DNA of 62,616 nt, filler included, from Basidiobolus ranarum (lineage: Eukaryota), in the NCBI GenBank assembly GCA_040143965.1. It is 15 parts of 15 records of this genome, joined end to end, with 100 filler letters (N's around TTAATTAATTAA, not from the genome) between each part and the next. Parts side by side here need not be neighbours in the genome. Positions count along the whole stretch, not along the records: positions 1 to 4,094 come from JASJQH010002119.1; positions 4,195 to 8,287 come from JASJQH010002120.1; positions 8,388 to 12,476 come from JASJQH010002121.1; 12 more parts are not named here. The stretch is one strand, 5' to 3'. Below are positions 1-8,879 of the stretch, piece by piece. The first letter of the stretch is position 1. The number at the start of each line of letters is the position of its first letter. The translations under genes were made by a program, and so were the position numbers. The notes beneath the pieces are model-generated. The model did no database searches and was not told the origin of the DNA. It saw only the letters and a list, made by a program, of their open reading frames with translations.

Positions 1-1354
1 GTAAACATACTTTATATGAACACTTACTCTGCCTGTTTCTAACGTCGGTTTCACTTTTATTCAAGCTATTACCCATAACAGAATCGTAACTATCCTGACT
101 TCCCATCACATCTTTAGCAAAAGTTTTGGCCGTCTCGCTGTATCCATGGTGAACCATATAAGAAAGAATCAGCTCGTTGAGGATACTTGGTAGGTTATTT
201 TCGGAAGAGATATTGTTATGTTGAGGAACAACTTGAGATAATTGAGAGATTGGTGGGATGGGAGTCGCATTGATGAAATTCCATAACTTGGTTTTCTCTT
301 CCTACATGTGCAAAAATTTAAGAAAGGGTTCATACAAAGCTGAATATCCATTTACTAACCTTCATATAGTGTTCTATATCAAATTTAAAACGTCTTTGGC
401 CAAAATTCACTTCCACCTGCTCTCCTGGTGTTCTAAAACCAACAGAAGGGTATAGAGCTCCTTTTAAGTCTCTAAAAGCTATGCCTACAGTAGATAACCA
501 GTGTATCAGTATCTAACACAATTTCGAATTCGATTAAAAAATAGTAGTATACCAAGGAATACACCATTCTTTGTGTAGAAAGCTGAGCCATCACGGAAGT
601 TTACACAACAACCAATAACATCACCGGTAGTATACATAGGTCCATATGGTTTTCCAGTACCAGAACAGCAAAAGGAGTGGCCATCGTCACCGTGGTATCC
701 CCAAGAACTAGGATCCCAACCTGGGAGACGACTCAAAGATACTCCATGAGCAGAGAAACCAATCCCAATATATCTGTAAAATGTACTATTTAGCCCTTGG
801 TCGTATATAGTAGCGTTGAGATTTAGATGCTTACCCATCTCTTCCTTTACTGATAATGTCAACCTCAAAATAAAATAGACCACATTGTGGAGGCATAGGA
901 TGATTAGCTCTAACCGCAGCAGCGTCATTATCAGATTTACCAGTTCCTGTAATATAACATGCATTGTCATTAGCTCATCCTATGAAGTGACTCATACACA
1001 ATTTGTTATCATACCAATATAGTTGACTTTAATACCATCAGTAGATAGCTCCAAAAGTGCGCATTTATCCTTGCCATTCCAGGAAGTAGGAAGCTGTGGA
1101 AGGTCTATTTGGTTGGGATCGACGGCAGGATCGCCATATGCGGTCTCCAGCATCTCAGCATAAGCAGTGTCTTCTAAATATTTAGCGAGCTTTGGACGTA
1201 CAGCTGGATTACGCACAGAGGTGACGATGGGAGAACTGGAAATACTGGGACGAACAGGTGTAGAAGTGGCAGAAATTGAACGAGAAGACCCAAAACTAAA
1301 ACCTAAGGGTTGGGAGGTCGCTCTTCTTGAAGATGTACCCGTGGAGTTGGTCAT
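1..1354 (-). CDS. RANBP9: RanBP9/RanBP10 (Vid30/Gid1)-like SPRY + LisH protein, multi-exon, 3' end outside the window
   Basis: Splicing out 1014-947 and later GT-AG introns gives [11 protein letters not shown]...[34 protein letters not shown]...[19 protein letters not shown] (SPRY), then [19 protein letters not shown], and the LisH-like [17 protein letters not shown] near 120-170. Confidence 0.88.
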
Positions 1355-1773
1355 ATGTAATATAACGTTTAGTTAAATCTATATGCTTTGTCAAAGTTAG
1401 ATGGTTGTCGTTATTAGGGCGAATATTCTCTGAGAAAAGATTGAGACCGCTTACGGAAGAGGATACAATCTACGGCCTTGATAAAATGCAGCCCCAAATT
1501 GGCTCGTTGTTTAAAAATTAAGAAATCATGAACCTGTTATGTTTATATAAAAATTTATATTTGCAGTAAATTAGATGGAACTTATAATTACTACTATTAT
1601 AGTATTTTATGGTCAAACTTGCTAGTATAATTTTTAACTGATCGGCTATTTAGAATTGTGTTTAAATCAAACATTACATCCTAACCCTGAAAAAAAATCC
1701 TTTTTTTTATTAATATTACAAATACTACAAATGTTGAGAACATCGAAGCCGTTCATTTTTCCAAACAGCTAGA

Positions 1774-2388
1774 ATGTCTTCCGACGACGAACAAATTCCA
1801 CAGTATCCTCCTCGGGCCCGCCCTAACATTCTCATCACTGGTACTCCCGGAACCGGTAAAACCACCACTTCAGAGTTGGCGGCTATGGCCACCGGTTTGG
1901 AGCATATTAATGTTGGACAATTGGTTAAAGAAAAAAGCCTTCACGATGGTCGTGATGAAACTTTCGATTCCTATATCCTAAATGATGACAAAGTAAGTCA
2001 AGTATTATCTCATCTCCAGAGAATATCAACCTAACCCACATCATTTTTACATTAGTTATGCGATGAGCTTGAGGATCGTATGGGTCAAGGTGGTTATATT
2101 GTTGACTTCCATAGTTGTGACGTTTTCCCTGAACGCTGGTTCGACCTTGTTGTTGTTTTAAGAGCCGACAATAGTGTTTTATATGATCGTTTAGTCAAGC
2201 GTGGATACAACGAAACCAAAATCACCGAAAATGTCGAATGTGAAATTATGCAAGTTGTTTTAGACGAAGCTCGCGAAGGATATCGCCAAGAAATTGTTGT
2301 CGAGTTAAATAGTAACTCTATTGAAGAAATGGAGGAGAATGTTGATAGAGTACGTCAATGGACTGAAGACTTTATTCGTACCCACTAG
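1774..2388 (+). CDS. FAP7: Adenylate kinase 6 / Fap7 (18S rRNA maturation ATPase), 2 exons
   Basis: PNILITGTPGTGKT Walker A, VDFHSCDVFPERWFDLVVVL and ENVECEI motifs. Intron 1993-2055 (GTAAGT...CTAAC...TAG) joins the two ORF-track pieces in frame. Confidence 0.95.
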
Positions 2389-2698
2389 ATATCCTGATCT
2401 TGCCGAAACTTCATATTGCAATTAACATTCTGGCTTGTAATCCCGTAATACACAATAAATCACTTTATCTGACAAGCAATAGATCCCAGGTGTGTTTCTG
2501 GTAGAGTGTTCTCCACCGAATTATATCTCAATGACTAACATTCGTACTATCAAAGATTATGGATGACAAATATGGTCTCTGACATTAAGCAAGATTGCTC
2601 TTTCGACGTGATATTTCCAGCCATCTAGCAATAGATTATTGGATATGTAAGCCAAGCAGTCTATGAAATAATGTATTGGTTTTGAAATCAAATGCCAT

Positions 2699-3124
2699 TT
2701 AATTATCCTCAACAACATCAGTTTGAAGGCCCTTATAAGAGGTTACAGGAACGAAGGTAACATAAGTGTAAAGTTTTTCCTTAGCATCTTCATCATCATT
2801 ACGTTTACGGGCAAGACGAACACGGATACGACGTTGAACGTTGCGAATTCCGTGGCTCCAGACTTGCTTGTTTACAGAAGGATCCAAGCGGACATCGGTA
2901 GTACCCATGTGCTTAGCGGCGAAGGCCTTGATGGCTTTCACGGCAGTAGGCGCCTTTTTCTTGAATTGGCTATAAAGTATTCCAACAATTAGAACGTACT
3001 TCAATGCCATAATCAACTATAGGACTTACCGATCATGGATCAGCTTGTGAAGGTGAATAGTATACTCTCTGGTAACAACGTCAGAGAGAGTTGAACGTTT
3101 AGTACCTTTTTGTTCTTTGGCCAT
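2699..3124 (-). CDS. RPL31: 60S ribosomal protein L31 (eL31), 2 exons
   Basis: [32 protein letters not shown], intron 3029-2970, then [17 protein letters not shown]...[31 protein letters not shown]. Confidence 0.96.
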
Positions 3125-3758
3125 GTTCTATTAAAGATGGATGAATAAAAAACCAACCGAGATAAAAAGAATAAAGTACGATTCAAATTGACAAATACTA
3201 TTAACAAATATTAACAAGGGTTACCAATAATAACAATTGCTTGGATAGGAAACAACAAGGAGAAAGGCACACCAGGGGCAAATAAATTAATTAATTCAAT
3301 CTACTCTGGCATGCTTGAATGCGGCTTTTCAACCAATGAGCGGGCAGACATTATTCCTGAGATTCCTCTTGATCGTTAGCAACTAACTCCACAATGCTTA
3401 AATAATAGACCTTCAATTCTATCCTGAATATACCAGTCACTCGATGCAGCACCACCTGGTATGTATTATGTTTTATGCATTAGGTAACATGGCGACATCT
3501 GGACTGTATGGACATTTTTACAACTGATCGTTAGTAAGGCCTTTATTTCGAAATATTCAACATTGCACGAAAAAGATGTAGTGTCAGCGAAATCAGGATA
3601 TAATTAATGAACATAAAAAGTGAGAAGATGGGAATCCTAATTTTGGGTCCAACATGTGGCAGCTATACATATGAATGGAACAGTTCTAATTGTATAATCG
3701 AGATCTGAATGATGAACTAGTAGGCATAGCAATCTGCATATTATTGGTCAAACGTAAT

Positions 3759-4094
3759 TTAAGGCTTATGGGTAGGATTGCTAGTAAACTTTAGGTAGAA
3801 GTTCACACATACAGCAAAGAACAGAACGATTACTAGGACGACAGGACCAAAGCGATCATCATAGGGTCCAGCTCTTCTTTGACGGATTTGTTCGGCTCTC
3901 CATTGATATAGAATCAACGAGTAAATCATGACACCCATAGAGATCAGCGTGAAAAGAACACCGGAGATTTGACCAACGCTATCACCAAAGTTCAACAAAC
4001 CAAGGGCGAGGCCTCCAAGAACAATGGTGAAATGTATCCAAGAAAGAAAAGTTCGCTCATTGGCAAAGAACACTTTGGGCTCAAGACGTACTGG
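3759..4094 (-). CDS. VTC1: Vacuolar transporter chaperone, Vtc1-type three-TM (DUF202) domain, 5' truncated by contig end
   Basis: [19 protein letters not shown]...LLNFGD...GPYDDRFGP motifs with three hydrophobic segments. It could instead be the C-terminus of a longer Vtc paralog. Confidence 0.8.
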   Translation of the reverse strand, partial: PVRLEPKVFFANERTFLSWIHFTIVLGGLALGLLNFGDSVGQISGVLFTLISMGVMIYSLILYQWRAEQIRQRRAGPYDDRFGPVVLVIVLFFAVCVNFYLKFTSNPTHKP

Positions 4095-4194
4095 NNNNNN
4101 NNNNNNNNNNNNNNNNNNNNNNNNNNNNNNNNNNNNNNTTAATTAATTAANNNNNNNNNNNNNNNNNNNNNNNNNNNNNNNNNNNNNNNNNNNN
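4095..4194. other. Artificial contig-joining spacer (N44-TTAATTAATTAA-N44). The same spacer recurs at 8288, 12477, 16666, 20850, 25033, 29215, 33397, 37577, 41755, 45932, 50107, 54278 and 58448
   Basis: Identical 100-nt blocks with stops in all six frames. The intervening segments fall from 4094 to 4069 nt without ever increasing, i.e. size-sorted contigs. Confidence 0.98.
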
Positions 4195-4289
4195 ACTCTT
4201 CCTTTCCTTTAACACAAACATATTCTTCTTGTCAGAACAGAAAGATAATAAAGACTCTTATTGCAACTTTATGATTGTTTTTGAAACTG

Positions 4290-5234
4290 TTAAAGTATTG
4301 CAATACCATCCTTTCCATCAAGGCCGTTCTTACCGTCGAGGCCATTCTTGCCATCTTTACCATCTTTTCCGGGAGGACCAGGGACAGGGATGATAGTTGT
4401 AGTAGGCTTTGGTGACGGTTCAGGTTTTCTGTAGGCTCTGGCAATCATGTGTGCGTCGGACTCAGCTTCTTCGTTTTGAAGTAGTTGACGTCTGGCTAAG
4501 GCAGCAGCATCTTTTCCATCCTTACCGTCTTTTCCGTCCTTGCCATCTTTTCCGTCTTTACCGTCCTTTCCTGGAGGTCCATCTTTTCCATCCTTTCCAT
4601 CTTTACCATCTACACCATCCTTGCCGTCTTTTCCATCTTTTCCATCCTTTCCATCTAGGCCGTTCTTTCCATCAAGGCCGTTCTTGCCATCTTTACCATC
4701 TTTTCCGGGAGGACCAGGGACAGGGATGATAGTTGTAGTAGGCTTTGGTGATGGCTCAGGTTTTCTGTAGGCTCTGGCAATCATATGAGTATCAGACTCA
4801 GTTTCTTGTTCGTTTTGGAGTAGTTGACGTCTGGCTAAGGCAGCGGCATCTTTTCCGTCCTTACCATCCTTTCCGTCCTTGCCATCTTTTCCGTCTTTAC
4901 CATCCTTTCCTGGTGGTCCATCTTTGCCATCCTTTCCGTCTTTTCCATCTACACCGTCTTTACCGTCTTTACCATCTTTCCCATCCTTGCCGTTAAGCCC
5001 ATCCTTGCCATCTTTGCCGTTTAATCCGTCCTTGCCATCTTTTCCCGGTGGTCCCGGTACTGGTGATGGTTGCGGAGAAGGGATGGGAGAAGGATTTGGA
5101 CGATACGCTCGAGCCTCTAGATTTTCATTGGATTTTACTACATGAAAGTTACTATTGCTGTTATTTTCAAGGACGGCACCGCTAACTAGAGTAGTGGCGG
5201 TAAGAAATAAAGCTACCAAAGCAAAGGATTTCAT
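4290..5234 (-). CDS. Secreted collagen-like repeat polyprotein A (KEX2-processed repeat protein-like): 2 complete and 1 partial (Gly-X-Y)23 units
   Basis: Signal peptide MKSFALVALFLTATTLVSG, pro-region ending NLEAR, then repeats of Pro-rich head + (GXY)23 + AAALARR + acidic spacer ending MIAR. TATAAATA on the - strand at 5464-5457. The 3' end may continue through an intron at 4306-4207. Confidence 0.9.
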   Translation of the reverse strand: MKSFALVALFLTATTLVSGAVLENNSNSNFHVVKSNENLEARAYRPNPSPIPSPQPSPVPGPPGKDGKDGLNGKDGKDGLNGKDGKDGKDGKDGVDGKDGKDGKDGPPGKDGKDGKDGKDGKDGKDGKDAAALARRQLLQNEQETESDTHMIARAYRKPEPSPKPTTTIIPVPGPPGKDGKDGKNGLDGKNGLDGKDGKDGKDGKDGVDGKDGKDGKDGPPGKDGKDGKDGKDGKDGKDGKDAAALARRQLLQNEEAESDAHMIARAYRKPEPSPKPTTTIIPVPGPPGKDGKDGKNGLDGKNGLDGKDGIAIL

Positions 5235-5732
5235 GATTGGTATAGCGGTATTCGAGACTTGGAATATTCAAAGTGGCAGTAATCAGTTCAATTTAAGTGT
5301 TTCGTTTATAGTATACGAAGACCAGTTGCTTATACTAATGGCGGCAGTAACCAGTAGTGGAGTAAGCAATGTTAGGATGATTGAAAGTCTAGTGAGTTCT
5401 ATGTAGATATAAGGGGAGCTCTTTTATTGATGTTCTAGTAAATGACCACTTACTGGTATTTATAGGAAGTGAAATGGTTTCCCCCTTGAAGTTATTGTTA
5501 ATTTAGGTTCTCCTCTGTAGATGCCATTAGTTGATATGCAATAGTGTTAGAGATTGTTTGTTCAGGTGAGATATAACAATTAGGCTAGATAATTGTTGGT
5601 CGGAGATCAATGACGATCATCCTCGTTAGGTTGAAGAGTATATATGTAGTATATTTGGACAGTGCAACATATTCAGTGAATATCCGATGTTTAGGTTAAG
5701 TGCCTTGACATTAAACACTCATTTTCAATTCA

Positions 5733-5796
5733 AGTGATTATTTGCTTCATTTCAGATAAGTGGTAATTTGCTTCATTTCAGAGTGGTCATTTGCTT
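5733..5796. repeat. Short imperfect tandem repeat (~23-26 nt, about 2.6 copies; core ATTTGCTTCATTTCAG)
   Basis: agtgattatttgcttcatttcagata / agtggtaatttgcttcatttcag / agtggtcatttgctt. Confidence 0.6.
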
Positions 5797-5893
5797 GGTA
5801 TATTTAGAATCGAGGTTAAACGTTTATTTTCTAATTTCTCATACAGGCATGATGAAGTTGATAGTATATAGGAGCGAGACACAAGTAATGACT

Positions 5894-6118
5894 TTAAATG
5901 CAAATGGTAATGACTTCCATGATACTTGGAATAGGGATTGACAGTGGTTCAGCACAGTAAGTTCCATCATCAGCCATCTTTAAATCATCAGCCTTGGGGT
6001 ATGGTCTTCTATAAGGTGGATTGGCTCGTTCTATCAAATGCTCACTCTTTGCAGTGTCGAGTACTGCTGACTGAGTAAATCCAAGAGAAAGGGCAAACAG
6101 AATGTAAAGTAATTTCAT
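5894..6118 (-). CDS. Small secreted prepro-peptide (74 aa, 2 Cys)
   Basis: Signal MKLLYILFALSLGFTQS, pro-region AVLDTAKSEHLIER (compare AVVE...EHLEAR in the neighbour), predicted mature part ANPPYRRPYPKADD...YCAEP...ITICI. Confidence 0.7.
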   Translation of the reverse strand: MKLLYILFALSLGFTQSAVLDTAKSEHLIERANPPYRRPYPKADDLKMADDGTYCAEPLSIPIPSIMEVITICI

Positions 6119-6852
6119 GACGAATATGAATATCAGAATACAAGATCATGTTACTGCCAATGATTATATAGAGGTCGTTTGGAAAACATATCCGTAACCT
6201 TGCTGTTCCCCTGAAACACACTTGTTGGAAAGAAATCTAGCAACATCTGTCTATCTTCACCCCTTGCAAGGTCGACTATTGATTATCATTTCAACTCCCT
6301 TATTGCCATCATTTTCCAATGCATTGTTGATCCCAAATTGTAGATCCTCATGTATTACATATTCAGATCTCCCTCTTTGACCTGCTTGCTATTGATTCTA
6401 ATCGGTTAGATTACCACATAAAATCTCTCCTTGCATTGACCAAATTAAACTCTAGTGAACAATGGTCAATGTAGTTCCCAATGGATTAAGTAGCACAAAA
6501 TCAGAACCACTTCGCTGTTGATCGGAAGACAAATCCAGTAGAAGGTGTAAGGGGCGCCTAAGATTAAGGAGATTCCTCAAAAGCGATGTCAACAAATATC
6601 ACATTGAACCACGAGGATATGACATAAATCAATCTTTGAAACCTTCTTAACCCACTTTTTCCACTGATATAAATAGTCCAAGAGATTCGTATTCATAAAG
6701 ACTATCGATTCACAATATTACTATCAATAGAAGTAGATTTTTTTCTTACTTTCTTTGATATATCCTCATAGATTCCCAATCCTCTTATAGATAATACCTT
6801 GACAGTAATACTGTTGAATAGAAAACAAGGGTTCATCTCGGAATTGAATACC

Positions 6853-8287
6853 ATGAAATCTTTCGCCTTGCTAGCTCTGTTTCTTACCGCTACAACTTTG
6901 GTTAGTGGTGCCGTGGTGGAAAATGACTTGGGTAACAATCCATTTCAGATAATAGATTCTAATGAACACTTGGAGGCCCGAGCTTACAAACCGCTCCCTT
7001 CACCAATGCCTACTACAACTATCATCCCTGTTCCTGGTCCTCCAGGAAAAGATGGTAAAGATGGCAAAAATGGCCTTGACGGTAAGAATGGTCTTGATGG
7101 AAAGGATGGAAAAGATGGTAAAGACGGTAAAGATGGTGTAGACGGTAAAGATGGGAAGGATGGTAAAGATGGGCCTCCAGGCAAGGACGGTAAAGACGGA
7201 AAAGACGGTAAGGACGGAAAAGATGGTAAAGACGGTAAAGATGCCGCTGCATTAGCTAGACGTCAACTACTCCAAAACGAAGAAGCCGACTCCGATGCAC
7301 ACATGATTGCCAGAGCTTACAGAAAGCCTGAACCATCACCAATGCCTAGTCCAACAAGCAGTCCAGTCCCTGGTCCTCCAGGAAAGGACGGTAAAGATGG
7401 AAAGGACGGCCTCAATGGTAAGGATGGGCTTAATGGAAAGGATGGCAAAGATGGGAAAGACGGCAAGGATGGTGTAGATGGTAAAGATGGAAAGGATGGT
7501 AAAGATGGGCCACCAGGCAAGGACGGTAAAGACGGAAAAGATGGCAAAGATGGAAAAGACGGTAAGGACGGAAAAGATGCTGCTGCCTTAGCCAGACGTC
7601 AACTACTCCAAAACGAACAAGAAACTGAGTCTGATGCACATATGATTGCCAGAGCCTACAGAAAACCTGAACCATCACCAAAGCCTACTACAACTATCAT
7701 TCCAGTCCCTGGTCCTCCAGGAAAAGATGGTAAAGATGGTAAGAACGGCCTCGACGGCAAAAACGGCCTTGACGGAAAGGATGGTAAAGATGGAAAAGAC
7801 GGCAAGGATGGTGTAGATGGTAAAGATGGAAAGGATGGTAAAGATGGGCCACCAGGAAAGGACGGCAAAGATGGTAAAGATGGCAAGGATGGAAAGGATG
7901 GTAAGGACGGAAAAGATGCCGCTGCCTTAGCCAGACGTCAACTACTCCAAAACGAACAAGAAGCCGAGTCCGATGTACACATGATTGCAAGAGCCTACAG
8001 AAAACCTGAACCATCACCAAAGCCTACTACAACTATCATTCCAGTCCCCGGTCCCCCAGGAAAAGACGGTAAAGATGGTAAGAACGGCCTCGACGGCAAA
8101 AACGGCCTTGACGGAAAGGATGGTAAAGATGGAAAAGACGGCAAGGATGGTGTAGATGGCAAAGATGGAAAGGATGGCAAAGATGGACCTCCAGGCAAGG
8201 ACGGTAAAGATGGTAAAGACGGCAAAGATGGAAAGGATGGTAAAGACGGGAAAGATGCCGCTGCCTTAGCAAGACGTCAACTACTCC
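6853..8287 (+). CDS. Secreted collagen-like repeat polyprotein B (KEX2-processed repeat protein-like): at least 4 (Gly-X-Y)23 units, 3' truncated by contig end
   Basis: The likely start is ATG 6853 (MKSFALLALFLTATTLVSG), not TTG 6799. Repeat period 333/339/339 nt. LARR and LEAR/MIAR bound each unit. TATAAATA at 6668-6675. Confidence 0.92.
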
Positions 8288-8387
8288 NNNNNNNNNNNNN
8301 NNNNNNNNNNNNNNNNNNNNNNNNNNNNNNNTTAATTAATTAANNNNNNNNNNNNNNNNNNNNNNNNNNNNNNNNNNNNNNNNNNNN

Positions 8388-8879
8388 TTAACTTCCAGAA
8401 ATTGTAATGATCTCTATCAAGCTTTTCAACATTTGAGTTAATAAAAGGGGTAGTAGTGGTTTCTGTCACGCTGTAAAGGTTAGAACACAGGGCTCATAAC
8501 CTGTTGGCAAAATATGGGCTGTTTGGAGGAACTTTCGACAAGTGGCATTTTGAATAGCTTCATGAGATAATTGTTTATTGTCCAGAAATAAAGCATTTAT
8601 ACTTTTTGGTAGAAATACAGAAAACTAACACTGGGGTTGTGTTCAGAACATTTGTGGGAGTAAAATGAGCTATCTTTGGGGCAATTTGGATGAGTTTGAA
8701 ATTTCCAATATGGAATTGCTAATTCTCACATTATTCACATATATATATAATATAAGTTCCAATTTTCAGCTAAGTGATATTTGACTAAGTAATGTTAACT
8801 AACTTATATGAGATATATGAAATAGTTAGATGTATTAAGATAGAGATAACAAATATGACAAAGGCAATAAACTTCAACA
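8388..8879 (-). mobile_element. Copia 5' LTR (family 1, 8879-8502) + PBS (8501-8489) + start of gag
   Basis: LTR TGTTGA...CCAACA, immediately followed by GGTTATGAGCCCT (Ty5/copia-type half-tRNA-iMet PBS) and gag-like NVEKLDRDHYNFWKL. The LTR is homologous to 15072-15446. Confidence 0.85.

Noticed and set aside
4095-4194. Regularly spaced identical TTAATTAATTAA motifs about every 4.2 kb, resembling an array
   Set aside because: Artificial contig spacers embedded in N runs. They also mean genes on different segments are not physically linked.
4409-8272. Many overlapping ORFs reading PSFPSLPS... or HLFRLYHP...
   Set aside because: Antisense and alternate-frame shadows of the GKD codon repeat, with no independent coding evidence.
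5894-8287. Ustiloxin/dikaritin-type RiPP cluster interpretation of the repeat precursors
   Set aside because: No DUF3328/UstYa oxidase, tyrosinase or other tailoring gene is on this 4-kb contig, and the units are ~95-aa collagen blocks rather than short cores. Flanking DNA is unavailable, so nearby enzymes cannot be excluded.
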